A DNA stretch of 64,000 nucleotides, taken from NCBI GenBank assembly GCA_964035575.1, contig OZ037845.1:1302001-1366000 (forward strand), given 5' to 3'. Source of the stretch: Rhynchopus sp. YZ270_cl-10 (lineage: Eukaryota). Shown here one piece after another: positions 25,901 through 33,541 of this stretch (position 1 is the stretch's first letter; the number at the start of each line of letters is the position of its first letter). The notes below the pieces were generated by a model. That model ran no database searches. It was not told the DNA's origin and worked only from the letters and a program-made list of their open reading frames with translations. The position numbers and the translations under genes were made by a program.

Positions 25901-27371
25901 ACGCCGGGTGGGTGTGCCGTATGGGTGGCTCTATGGTGAATCTCATTTTGGAGATTTGGATGCGCGCGCTGTTGTTGCGCAGCTTGATGAGCATCAACGG
26001 AAAGGGCAGGGTTTTCCGCAGCCGAGCACTCTCCTTTCATTTCTTCCCCGCATTGTGTCTGAAATGTACGGAAGTGGTACGCAAGAAATCCGCACCATAG
26101 TTCAGCTGGCAGACCGCATTACAGCGGCATTTCTCAAAGACGATTCTTCGCAGTGGTCTGCCACAGCCGGAGGACACACCAAACAGACCGTTCTAGCAGG
26201 GAAGCTTCCTTCTGCAGCGCCTCCTGGGGTCTACGGTTTGGCCCCTCCTGTAGAGAGGGTTGCAGTGACGCATGAGGTGTCGCTGTTGCTGCAGCTTACA
26301 ACGGAGCATGCTGGTGGGGTGTTTTGTCAAAGAGAGGCAGCGCCACCGCAGCACCGCATCAAAATGGGGTTGGCGATCATCAAAACGCGCCTGGAAGAGC
26401 GGCCAGAAGAAGAAGAAGAAGAAGTGGAGGAAGAGGTGGAGGAGGCTGGGTTTTGCGAGATCAATCTGAACGACGGGGGTGCCTCTGGGAGGGAGTATTC
26501 GTTGTCCTTTTTGAGGAACGATTATAAAGACTTTGCGCAGCAAAAAACGTCGATATTTCATAATTTGCTGCAGTTTGAGACGACTATTGCAGTGCCAAGC
26601 TGTCTCCGGCACACAGATGGAAAAGGAACAAAATCTTACGCAGGAGCAACACAACGCGACATGGAAGACATTGTCCGATACAAAGAAAAATGCCTCTTCG
26701 TCGATCAGGTCCGTGCCATGCAACGAAACTTCACCCTCCACAACGCTGGCATAGACGAACCTGAATGGGCCTCCTACACCGGCATCCCAAGAGCCGTCCA
26801 AAAACACCTCCCACCAAACGCTCTCGTCTTCACCAAAGAAACATCCCTTGCAGGACTCATCGCAGTCTACGAAAAGAAGATGGCATTTCTCCTCGGCTGG
26901 ACCTCCTCTTCCATATGGCTCCCAGGACTGTCCTTCCCGAACACCGTTTTATCCGTCTTCTTGGACACAAATGTATACGACGATGCAAACCTCTTCGGCA
27001 GAATCAACTCCGACACAAAAACTGCCGCCCCGCTTTCCGTAACGGTAGGGGGCTTGACACTGCACAATGCAGCATTAGATCAACACAAATGCATACAAAG
27101 TGCAGTGTCGGGGACGTCCCTCGTAGCATTGCCTGTCTCCTTGGAGCTGTTCGTGGAGACAACGCAGAAGGACGTCAGCTATTCGCAAATACCCTTAGTG
27201 TTGTGCCGTGAAGTGGCCGATCCGCAACTGTTCTCTGACGCAAAGGTCGACCATTTGCTATCGGTGCTGCTTCCGGTGGAGAGTGATGGCAAGGCTGCAA
27301 GTGCTGACGGATTTTCCCTCGATGAAAATCAAGGATTGCACATACCCTTCATAGCGTCCCCGTTCCATTGA
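13929..27371 (+). CDS. Divergent axonemal (inner-arm-like) dynein heavy chain, 4480 aa, single exon
   Basis: Linker motifs IRVRHWKQL, KRNAWPRLYWLPDEAILQML. P-loops GTAGCGKY (AAA1), GKTGCGKT (AAA2), GGASTGKT (AAA3). Also TLFRPVSLVKPD, WLIFDGPL, LGPPLGKKCVIVVDDLH, and stalk/MTBD SPAPVVKKVMEAICIVL. Confidence 0.93.
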   Translation: MPPDCDPDEGSEPDDNDFSFIARLERGYRQIQSLNRDQLERFLPYLPVVKICKGGGLRSAEMMTQNVERFAPKHVESFLPLGFERFVKSAPSPRKIGIKREKNAQLLLTSRTVRREVGGSFLPEGHERQLQIEGPATETTICLSSVFASEVIAKNEKSFAPTPPLKRKGTAPQGNAARSSVREAAGCQPSPPALPISDHKTLMKLYENNDSTPSERIGGFYSHQLGSNSPIRIHLTLAGRRTHNGSGKTRQSNGTNSASVFSGDWSRPIGVNLVPQPPPPPPPPPTLLLENASAQPDFDLDQELMDKINLYDRLEGSLPLELFDEEQNYSNVPALFLRNDDREEGGIAWVPCLVCERDPVTLFYNTLIDKAGGQDARQVSRYQLRFEWETVESFTQRVVELKALRRSAERVVRTDLFLSLMEDDEERGLDSAVLANTLQKTAKRLHKRWEGRVKQYIDQIAEEHFLALRRARLQYFLLSPKFLHQITPIDMCTDLQIAYPIKYPPLEPDQTRRARFLNAKSFLAKHPQFCISTFKTLVKMAEVWAPYEDLLLVSITKKMHMSTTIYNMLIGFDAFCALQKTHSQGVVKNKINRWMIDVEGVLLSSLKQKFKSNYTSESAYRASDLSKFLRGVNFRMCQSLRQVVANSLQKLVEFFENMVGTADDVTAMRGGDTTWTNHYYDLVGLPPSRPVKDAPLLVLELTVTSGIIGFDTPLAELQTKVVDVIHHVARSVSRLSTVEKTFLSSLDLPERYIDLHEDDIVRSATNRTVILMQKCLPYLEALLKVYAPFEYLLREHDENPETVFQDLSTTRLAVAKIESLFELKGRVLNCTPDTVFCLFVVDCAGIKKLLAERVSSLIDLYLNVASEKVVGTTLAASALYNRLWTEIQLRPTTPESHASFKVNTFKMRSALEKVESDDFKRVMLWRSDVLDRFNRGLKDSEADEVFKMQEWPMKIRDSLSNSDVLLVQEEKQFIVQLECDRRNLQKDLKTYTIMVEELSQISDSELTDVAAEKAQKLQDLLQDSLRRSVQCQRHEQIFGLPASTWGEIKLLLAKSLPFYKLWKTAFLWTEEQSRCFETPIQSLDTTKLRQCISQWHRETRVSQRALRGYPGPSEAAQRLGRELSVFHNHLPWVTQLTGEGIRVRHWKQLIAELGCPRSADITIALLIENGIESKRAFVTSLAEQAAKEAEVDLTIERMKMEWKDQKMWFVEWSGCKIIHIAHAQELLMILDKHIASTQVLRLACLQAFENIARDWEAQLVLLQDILTNWISLQETWANLKPVFDNADVCVGLGRETKRFLKSHKVWCALMKEGEFSARLISLGDEFLQRVVEVHAQLVDVQKGLATFLQVKRNAWPRLYWLPDEAILQMLAASGADLSSVDEYLPQCLGNVSKLITDDRKAITAVETLSEEHLTLRYEVHTVGRPLDEWLSSLDKTITETLIASFPTCVQEHSSLGMREWVERWSAQLLLLCLKVTEHRDIKDLLEVTGKRGLSALHKKLRNVVSDITVLFDHEDGGGTESFVTVMHKDDAKSQANKQQYAVVNNRILYEAMAMQHMATRDKVTDLIEEECETTSDFCYAYTMKHILNEQGVTTVDILHVSHPYRFECLGMSSPYVTCSASGRAKRLIFFAFAGSFPQPVLLHGTAGCGKYHLLKDLATEVGMKCVSQCCSQGTTWRSISNTIAGAISSGAWCVLLKINELTPATTSSLATALDNIYTQVALKSEGVDLFNWGRVDTDADCKQSATGGVALHKSFVISGVQSTLPHGTALDHSFRTLFRPVSLVKPDLGLIATYKLFISGLFTHAEEFGPRLMTILAKCTGIIALPPPLVLLQHICACVVLRSGARVYLDDADTTAEAQEFRIFSIACYVCVKKVVSLFEFDIFSKTFEVCFGKGPFVHESRTAIPQATYSTLNASIGSELVQKDDKRYIMTPSIVAKLHDLHDTLSLHSCVIIVGKTGCGKTMLTDVLSQCLQDKDDLTTHSIVHGSMPISTLQGRIREGGRWEMGLLPNIFRKAHKSVKTWLIFDGPLGDITERFTSLWSPSADFTTPQPWENRQKQLTPVNYYECISGERISVPNSLKHFFECQDMDNANPFIVTHSSLLYFGDHKEWRAVLKGALLEIASPFARSTVDDFLPQLISFAEVVILPCVEFFEHAEFVVPIHTHVLMRRIVHIFHAVVESQRIYPDGAEALHGSVEVPLVHALCSVVYESLAERHKTLFSESLWKWMPSWSAQLIASLPHEALPMECYVDEGRWSKLTHHPMIESSFMSYQGDYTTKDYLLPSVDALRIWHHQEILTAIGVPFAISGGASTGKTRLLHRLSKRMQTTGLLVFCSISRGCSASGFQQSVALKMTRRRSVVLGPPLGKKCVIVVDDLHLASTATHENEGGSLHELLVSVLKCKKWCDPGGVVITIADTSFLGSFQAGEENSERLFSHFVIGHCVNEISEGFVGQVISNIIMGWKGASSYNLAASVTDVLLRCHAFLRASFEPRSDNFFIWSVEDLFAIVRSVVSHPSQSCAKSHHVLSLLVYEMYARVARFQTLEQLRMTDAKVLEIVSSEMHVQFADTALRPSQLSFTVVEKGGLSAYSQQISLENLIKNVQSHADELHLKYVEDTATATPEASKKKNKRAKRKTEPEKKTAIQKLRVLSRYIRLRGLCVDSTLAVLVSKVAGVISQPKGHGLIATDQGDAAFTAVQVASHAAGYVCIGDSERSNTTWCSVLEHIFGVALESSTGVTWVLHDYLLCEEQISDIALMVSSADLCGLISVALHQRLSRKLLDSSGGELNKKRELIADKVSNMVHIVLLCNADVNDTDKMALMKRRFPAIFHATTCIVVKDYSISRTACVAYVHSLCRMYSQRNLFQITKSVLDRVAEALYEVFKEIVALRPEVRISHFRLLARTFCNLLAKACDTVLANSREYGRVLELVECVAMQGKKCVEDVNYLITVLQDLDTQRASLLESEASWLATEQEKQAAFEELESSCFKRVEEHARTREECKLLLAVAVPALESAKQGLLLITEKDLAAIRCVNSPAPVVKKVMEAICIVLNEKVDILTRTGGGAGWAVSQQCLTDPSFLSKLININPRKLSPKVAAQLRAYVTHSTFKVEKAKSTNLVAIEKLCIFAQKLEEYLTTVATVQPKQEILEKDDATIKVLVNALDAKRDCAVMARHELEAVQNKLNILSSRYTQISERIDNCKLHSTNADFFSKHVEATATRWRKEFCSHTDDEAVAGITVCAAYHSVFYASAVGMMLIERKDLLATVAEHLYVPATHNTDAKAPIGLLEEGLMKDVNADAEPQEVFAELDVEDALFMRRRIQRWVDLGVLKDVLSLRESVAVAVTTVLTPFFANPHGAAETWLAAAYPGISHLRGSSPLTLGTIELCMTCGVPVYVETDSLPPTFLPLFRVIEQGYGKIGNRDIKIRKGFRLFFVKTCSSFELAEFLKGVQTDVADYVIPLSFVLPREELRADICKAVSESISCEISDEIDTLKSKVNIAFNHYEQVSNKLLKALKENATKENVWTPDGDAIASLPTADLDIPLGEVQQTSKLLRDSDLMKNLTTEVKAVETALSNVSQELEAKREYEAKLLTRFEGLVTLVELVYTALDRMASLNSLYKMGFAFLMKIVRREIRSLSEQKGERVSTKWGDEAEGFAKDMLSVLFKVVAAGLPQTHRTVYAFLICIDLDRLNDVISQQEWDLFIAPLNEVKPDRNAKRCHIEHAIHLAKAHACFRDLPSAIEKRFHAWVPFLEGLADPPMMWKGFLSQFQLLILVKYMSPASLPRATLNYCCCFISMLRHSHSVLSVFRDALFSRGIRPTYPILLLHGGDANSAREELKNIASQTGGCKVIVVPYSPEKGHTARVQGFIRNCDTQDRTADRDALWLLISDFDKYKASEMETISSMISESRTDSPDARFRVFFEVHLDEHEHIPISLTRVSIKLLSPSPPCLKSTIIKHLDIGPITRQVFSSEEHCDTYHQTLRMVSIIHGVLTYRRRVGVPYGWLYGESHFGDLDARAVVAQLDEHQRKGQGFPQPSTLLSFLPRIVSEMYGSGTQEIRTIVQLADRITAAFLKDDSSQWSATAGGHTKQTVLAGKLPSAAPPGVYGLAPPVERVAVTHEVSLLLQLTTEHAGGVFCQREAAPPQHRIKMGLAIIKTRLEERPEEEEEEVEEEVEEAGFCEINLNDGGASGREYSLSFLRNDYKDFAQQKTSIFHNLLQFETTIAVPSCLRHTDGKGTKSYAGATQRDMEDIVRYKEKCLFVDQVRAMQRNFTLHNAGIDEPEWASYTGIPRAVQKHLPPNALVFTKETSLAGLIAVYEKKMAFLLGWTSSSIWLPGLSFPNTVLSVFLDTNVYDDANLFGRINSDTKTAAPLSVTVGGLTLHNAALDQHKCIQSAVSGTSLVALPVSLELFVETTQKDVSYSQIPLVLCREVADPQLFSDAKVDHLLSVLLPVESDGKAASADGFSLDENQGLHIPFIASPFH

Positions 27372-27670
27372 GTTTTTATTTACACAACATTTACTAAAAA
27401 AATATGGGATGGGGAGCCCGCTGCTTGCCTCGGAATTTTTGCGTCTTTTTTTCTTCTAAAATCTATAAAAGAGAACAGAGGGAATATTTCTTTTTGGACA
27501 TTTCATGAGGTGCACACATGAGACGCACGATTTATGAAGCCTTTCTCTTTCCCCCCACTAATCATGACAGGCTTGGGTCCATCTCACCAACTTGTCTTTT
27601 TCTTTTTTGCACCACCAGGACCACCCCACCACACCACCACCACCCCTTTGAATCCACCCTCTCTAACACA

Positions 27671-28744
27671 ATGGAGGGAACAGGTATCACCCTTCGGGTA
27701 ATGAGTGACGTTCCTTGTGGTGATGTCATCGATGTCGCAACGGGCACACTCTCTGGGAACGTGCTTGCCACAATCGACAGCAACAAATCCGTTGGGGTGT
27801 GGGGGTGTCCGCAGATGGGACGCGTGGCAGAGATCACCACCACTGCCCACCCCATCGCCGTCGCTGTAGCAAGCCGCATCGCTGTGCTGTACTCAGATCT
27901 TACGCTTCGATTTTTCAGCTACTCCGGGAAACAACTCTGCTGGACCAACCTTACCACCGGAAACTGCCATTTAACAGACACTCCTCCGAAAAAATCTGAT
28001 ATTTCTTCTCTCAATGGAGTGGTCCAAGCGACTGCGAATCAAAACCTTGTTTTTGTTTCCTGCGGTAACCATTCTTGGTTTGTAGACTGCAGCCTCGGCG
28101 TAAGCACTCCGGTAGGTCAGGTCCAGAACGCACTGTGCTGTGCTGGGGCAGCATACCTCGAGTCGTGGCGGTGTGTGGTAGGGTGTGAGGATGGAGGCGT
28201 GCATCTGATGGGGCAGAGTGCGGTGTTCAGCTCTCATAGAGTGGTTTTGGGGGGGACTGTGAAGGGGGTGGTGGCGGCAGCAGTTGCGAAAGGGCGTGCC
28301 TTTTTTGCTTGCGGAGTGCATGTTTGTGTGTACGGTACGGAGAAGGATTTTCTGAGTGTGCGGCAAATGGTCGATATTGGGCAGGGTTGTGATATTCGGA
28401 GTTTGTCTGTCTCGTCTGATGGAGCGCTGCTTGCTGCAGTGTGGGGCAAGCGTGCTGTGGTGCATAGAGTGGCGCATCTTACGAAGGGCGACACTTTGCA
28501 TGAGGCTGAGGTGCAGGGAATACAGGCCCCCTCGGCAGTTACCTTCCTCCCGCTCCTGACTAGTGTGCAGCATACGCTGCTGAAAGACGCCGACTTCCGT
28601 CAGGGTCTGATTCTCGCTACGTCGAACCGTTTGTACAGCGTGGAGGTAACAGATGCACAGTGTGTGATCGTTGCCCGGTCCGTCCTGATTTCAGTGATTT
28701 CTATCCTGATTGGGGCGGCTTTGTTGACGGTGCTTATGCCATGA
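27671..28744 (+). CDS. WD40-like beta-propeller protein with C-terminal transmembrane segment
   Basis: First ATG after a C/A-rich tract is at 27671. WD-like segments LATIDSNKSVGVW, VVGCEDGGVHL, IRSLSVSSDGALLAAV; hydrophobic tail VLISVISILIGAALLTVLM. Topology resembles Sec12/PREB but identity is not established. Confidence 0.6.
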   Translation: MEGTGITLRVMSDVPCGDVIDVATGTLSGNVLATIDSNKSVGVWGCPQMGRVAEITTTAHPIAVAVASRIAVLYSDLTLRFFSYSGKQLCWTNLTTGNCHLTDTPPKKSDISSLNGVVQATANQNLVFVSCGNHSWFVDCSLGVSTPVGQVQNALCCAGAAYLESWRCVVGCEDGGVHLMGQSAVFSSHRVVLGGTVKGVVAAAVAKGRAFFACGVHVCVYGTEKDFLSVRQMVDIGQGCDIRSLSVSSDGALLAAVWGKRAVVHRVAHLTKGDTLHEAEVQGIQAPSAVTFLPLLTSVQHTLLKDADFRQGLILATSNRLYSVEVTDAQCVIVARSVLISVISILIGAALLTVLMP

Positions 28745-29006
28745 GGTGTAGTGTTTCTGTTCCAGGCATAAATATTTTTGTTTCTGTGGAAAGCTGGAGA
28801 GGTGGAGAGCGTTTTGTTTGGGCTAAAGGATGGCTCATCGTAATGTGCTTTGTTGGGGTTGTGTGCAATGTTTCAATTTTTAGTCTTGTTTGCAATGCCG
28901 TTAATTTCTATAAAAAAAAGTATCGTTGTTGTATGAATATCCCCGTCCCTGTCCCCCTCCCCTTCCCCGAAGCAACACACATCAATCACAGAACGGTATA
29001 TCAAAA

Positions 29007-29573
29007 ATGGTCCGCAAATACCGTGAGTTCGGGAAGGTCTACAAGAACCCCCGTCGTCCGTTCGAGAAGGAGAGGCTGGACAAGGAGCTGAAGCTGGTCG
29101 GAGACTACGGGCTTCGTTGCAAGCGTGAGGTGTGGCGTGTGGCCCTCACCCTGGCGAAGATGCGCAAGTGTGCACGTGGTCTGCTTACCCTTGACGCCGA
29201 CTCTGAGCGCCGTGTCCTCGAGGGAGGTGCCCTTCTCCGTCGCTGCAACCGTTACGGCCTTCTGGACACCGAGCACATGAAGCTTGACTACGTGCTTGGA
29301 CTCACCCTCCAGGACTTCTTGGAGCGCCGCCTCCAGACCCTCGTGTACAAGCACGGTCTGGCCAAGTCCATCCACCACGCACGTGTCCTGATCCGCCAGC
29401 GTCACATCTGCGTCGGCAAGCAGATGGTCACCGTGCCCTCCTTCTGGGTGCGTACCGACTCCGAGAAGCACATCGACCTTGCACCCAACTCTTCCCTCGG
29501 ATCTGGAGGACCTGGCCGTGTCAAGCGCTCCAGGAAGTCTGGAGGCGGAGGTGGAGGTGACGACGAGGAATAG
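29007..29573 (+). CDS. RPS9: 40S ribosomal protein S9 (uS4)
   Basis: [45 protein letters not shown]...[31 protein letters not shown]...PGRVKR; strong C/G-ending codon bias; true ATG at 29007, downstream of the ORF-track start. Confidence 0.98.
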   Translation: MVRKYREFGKVYKNPRRPFEKERLDKELKLVGDYGLRCKREVWRVALTLAKMRKCARGLLTLDADSERRVLEGGALLRRCNRYGLLDTEHMKLDYVLGLTLQDFLERRLQTLVYKHGLAKSIHHARVLIRQRHICVGKQMVTVPSFWVRTDSEKHIDLAPNSSLGSGGPGRVKRSRKSGGGGGGDDEE

Positions 29574-30065
29574 ACGTAACGTCTCTCAAAAAGCTTAAAT
29601 CCCTCTGAGCTGGTTCGGCTATCAAAAAGCACAAAAAAAAAAACTACTACAAGAACACCAACTCTTAGGGGAAGGGAAGGATGGAAGGGGGCTAGATGAA
29701 TGGGGCCGTTTCCATTTCTTTGTCCAAGAAAATCACAAAAAAATATAAATGCTCCCCTTTCCCCACCCCCACCCTCCACCCCCCCTTTTACATACATCCA
29801 ACCTATTTCAAACCATCCCCTCACCAATCCATTCAGACCACACAACCCCCAATTTTTTTTTTTACACAACAATTTTGTTTCCCAAAGACTAGACACAATC
29901 AGGCTATACCACTTTGCGAGCCTATCTTTTAACTAAGCAGAGACTTAGGACCCATCTTACCAAACCCCCCTCCCTTCCCCCCTTTTTTCTCCCCCTAGGT
30001 AGCTCCACTCACTCTAACTCCTTTTTTTTTTCAAACTTTTCAAAACTTTTCAAAAACCTTTGCAA

Positions 30066-31520
30066 ATGGCATTGGATACAAGGAAATGCTTGAGTTGCGA
30101 GGCTACGAGGCATATGGGGTCACAGTATTGCGTGGCACATAAATGCAAAAGACGATGTAATATGAAGCGATGTGGTCGGTCAGAATTTTGCTCTACACAT
30201 AAATGCGCTGTGTGCGACGGGGCCACCTCGTATTCGTTTACCTTTTGCATTGCACACAAATGTAGACAAGAGGACTGTTCTCGGCAGCGTGATGGGTCTG
30301 CGGAATATTGTGTGGAACATCACTGCCGACTTTGCTCGGGCGAGCAGTATCCACGGTCACAGTTTTGCATTGCGCATAAATGCATTCACAGCGAATGCTA
30401 TCAAGAACGCGACGGCGCAGAAACCTGCAAAGAGCACAGTATGAAGATCGTCTCTGAAGCTGCAATGAAAATCGGCCGCTTCGATGTGGGCCGATTTCTT
30501 GGCTCAGGTTCATTCTCTCAGGTCCGTCTTGGGGTAGACTCTGAAACCGGGGAAACTGTTGCGCTCAAAATTATGAGCATCACCGCAGTCCGCGAAATGA
30601 AATGCGAAGATCTTCTTGCATCAGAAATCACGCTTCTCCAAAACATCAACCACGAGAACGTCATCCACCTCACAGAAGCGGTGCGGACAACTAAGCTCAT
30701 TTGTGTAGTCCTCGAATTCTCTTCTGGAGGTGAGCTTTTTGATCTTATTTCCAGAAAAGGCGCGCTGAGTGATGCAGACGCTTCCCGGTACATGACGGAT
30801 CTAATGAAAGGGGTCTGCCACCTCCATGCCCACGGTGTTGCACATCGTGACATAAAACCTGAGAATCTTCTTCTCCAAGAAGGGGTGTTGAAGATCGCGG
30901 ATTTGGGATTCGCTTCTTATCAGGAACCAAGAGAGAAGCTGAAGGAGTCTCTTGGCACCCCAGAATACCAAGCACCCGAGGTAACACCGTTGCATCCGTA
31001 CGACGGATTTTGCGCGGATATTTGGTCCTGTGGTATAGTGTTGTTCACTATGGTGTGCGCGGTGCTGCCGTTTGATGGAATGGGTGACGACTATTTATTG
31101 CAAAAGGAGGTGGAGAAGGGGATCAGCGTACCGGCAGGGGTGGCGGCTGGGCCGAAGGCGTTGATATTGGCGTGTGTAGTGACCGATCCGATGAAGCGGC
31201 CGACAGCGTATGAGATCCTTACAGAAGACGCATGGATTGGTGCTGGGGCTGGGTCCGTGCCAGCAGACCTCGCGCAAGCCAACACCTTCCCCATCCCCAG
31301 ACACAAGGTGAACCCACTCTCATCCCTTCGTCTCGTTGCGGCAGACAACGAAGGCTCGCTCTTCACAGCAGAGGAGCATCAGTCCTGGACACTGAGCAAG
31401 CTTTTTGAAGAGGCAGCAGGGTTTATTGAAGCGCTGAGTGCGCCGAAGGCAGGGAGTGGGAAGAAACCCTCGGTATGTCGATTGTTCGGGAGGCTTAGGC
31501 ATCTTATTCACCTTCTTTAG
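30066..31520 (+). CDS. Ser/Thr protein kinase (CAMK group, SNF1/CIPK-like) with N-terminal Cys/His-rich repeats
   Basis: GSGSFSQV, VALKI, HRDIKPENLL, IADLG, GTPEYQAPE, ADIWSCGIVLF. The 3' end may be spliced differently: GTATG donor at 31473 and a CA-rich acceptor ending at 31703. Confidence 0.9.
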   Translation: MALDTRKCLSCEATRHMGSQYCVAHKCKRRCNMKRCGRSEFCSTHKCAVCDGATSYSFTFCIAHKCRQEDCSRQRDGSAEYCVEHHCRLCSGEQYPRSQFCIAHKCIHSECYQERDGAETCKEHSMKIVSEAAMKIGRFDVGRFLGSGSFSQVRLGVDSETGETVALKIMSITAVREMKCEDLLASEITLLQNINHENVIHLTEAVRTTKLICVVLEFSSGGELFDLISRKGALSDADASRYMTDLMKGVCHLHAHGVAHRDIKPENLLLQEGVLKIADLGFASYQEPREKLKESLGTPEYQAPEVTPLHPYDGFCADIWSCGIVLFTMVCAVLPFDGMGDDYLLQKEVEKGISVPAGVAAGPKALILACVVTDPMKRPTAYEILTEDAWIGAGAGSVPADLAQANTFPIPRHKVNPLSSLRLVAADNEGSLFTAEEHQSWTLSKLFEEAAGFIEALSAPKAGSGKKPSVCRLFGRLRHLIHLL

Positions 31521-32091
31521 ATGTGTAAAAACCAAAAAGTGCACTTAAAAAGGGAACCACATGCTGTACATTTCGTATTTTATTCGGTTTGAAGTGCAGA
31601 GGTTGCACTCATAACTTTCATTTGGTTTTCCAGCTGGAACCTAACTCATACATACTGTCTCATTTTCTCGTTTTTTTGAACGACACAACCACACAACCCA
31701 CAGATGCCTCAGAGAGCTTTGGTGCGCCCGCAGAACAGATGGCGCCGTGGTGGTGGGTTGTGAAAGCCAAGAGAGGCTGATGCGGCATGTAAACCCATTG
31801 ATAGATCACGCTAACCTGGAGGGGGGGAAACAAAGCGATAGTGCTTTTTTTTGGCGCAGGAAACTAACCATTCTGACCCCCATCCCATACCCAAAATTTC
31901 TTATGTTACGCAGACTCCAAGATTATCCTGTAAGGGAAAATGCATGGAATATGAAAAAAGAGTCTCAAAGAAAGATGTTGGGTCCACTTCATACGGCTTT
32001 TATCTACCAGATGGCGGGTTTTCGGTCAATTTTTTTTTTTGGAACCCAGATCGTAAAAAGGGAGAGCGTTTTTTGCAGACTAAACTAAAAC

Positions 32092-32629
32092 CAGGGTCCT
32101 AGGTATAGTATACGGAAAATGTGTAACACATTTTCCGTTAAATCCGGGGGGTTTTTTTTTGGGGGGGGATTTCCAGGGCTCTCGCCAATCACCCCTTTTG
32201 GCCAAAATGGGGGGTGATTTGGGGTCCCCGAGCTTTCCCCCCGTAAAAGCGGTCGCGCGCGCGCTTCGCGCGCGCGACTCCCTGCCAGTGCAGGGAGGCG
32301 AGGCGCTTTCTCCCCTCGTTTGGGGTCAGCTTGTTTTTATGCCCAAAAAATTTTTCAGCACTGCTGACCAGGGACATTGGGAACATAGGGAACTGTATGT
32401 ACGTGCTTTTTTTTGCGGAGCAAAAAAATAATACAAAATGGCGCCGCAGGCGAAAAAAAAATTAAGGTACGGTGTAAAAAGCTAGCTTTTACATCACATA
32501 CTCACTCAACGAAACCTTTTTTGCGGAGCAAAAAAGGAAAAATGGCGCCGCAGGCAAAAAAAAATTGAGGTACAGACTGGATGATGCGGTCAGCAACCCA
32601 GTTCCCCATGGTACTCCCGTGGTTCAACC

Positions 32630-32660
<31 letters not shown>

Positions 32661-33541
32661 GGAGGGGTGATCCGAAACCCGGATCACCCCTCTTTTTTTA
32701 TTTTTTTTTTTTTTGGGTGATTTAAAACCCGATCACCCCCCGGCGAGAGCCATGGGGATTTCTTTTTTTTGGGGGTAGTACCCAGGTGCCCCCCAAAAAA
32801 TAATCCCAGAAACCCCTCCTACACTCACTCACAACAGAATTTTTTGCTACCCAAAAAAATCTCAATTTCCCATACAAAAATGCTCGCATTCAGAAGGAAA
32901 AGGAAGCATGCATCATGGCGAAAGAAAAAAAGTAGCGTACCGTGCGCCTGCGGCGCAAGCTTACAACAACCCTTCCCATGACATAGTTTGGCTGTAAAAA
33001 AAGTGCAATTTTAAGCGTATTTTTTGGAAATGTTGCGTACCGTGGCTTCGCCAGAAACTTTCGTTTTAGCAAAATACTTAAGTAAAATTTACGGAAACTG
33101 ATGAGAATTACTAGCGACCGTGCCATTTTATGTCAACATTTTTATAAATGTTGCGTACCGTGGCTTCGCCAGGAACTTGGGCGAACCTAGATAGGTCCCC
33201 TGCTCCTGAACAAAGAATACAAAGTGTATCTTTGTGTCGCTTTTCTAGTCGACTGTCACAGATCATCATCATCATCATCACCATAGGTGAGGTTCGGGTG
33301 CACGATTCTTTCGTGCCACACATTCTTGGATGATCACCCCTAGGAGATTGTCCGGCAGTTCGTTGGGAATCGGGTTATCCCTCTCCATTATGCGAAGGAT
33401 GTCCTCGACTTGACATTACGTATGGGTAGCATCAATTTTTTGGGGCTGTTGTGGGGTAGGAATTTTCCGCGCGCAGCGCGGAAATTTTTTTTCAAAACAC
33501 ATTTTCCGTTTCCCTTTTTTTTTTTTGGACCTAGAACCCTG
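32092..33541. mobile_element. Non-autonomous TIR element, 7-bp TSD CTAAAAC (hAT- or P-like ends)
   Basis: TIRs CAGGGTCCTAGGT / ACCTAGAACCCTG (1 mismatch); CTAAAAC at 32085-32091 and 33542-33548; subterminal ACACATTTTCCGTT near both ends. Confidence 0.75.
32174..32754. mobile_element. hAT-type MITE nested in the 32092-33541 element, 8-bp TSD GGGATTTC
   Basis: TIRs CAGGGCTCTCGCC / GGCGAGAGCCATG; GGGATTTC at 32166-32173 and 32755-32762; repeated ATCACCCC/GGGTGAT subterminal motifs. Confidence 0.85.

Noticed and set aside
33095..33130. CTGATGAG as a hammerhead ribozyme core (also at 13948; CTGATGA at 6685, 36639, 43178)
   Set aside because: I could not find the required stems with a correctly placed GAAA.
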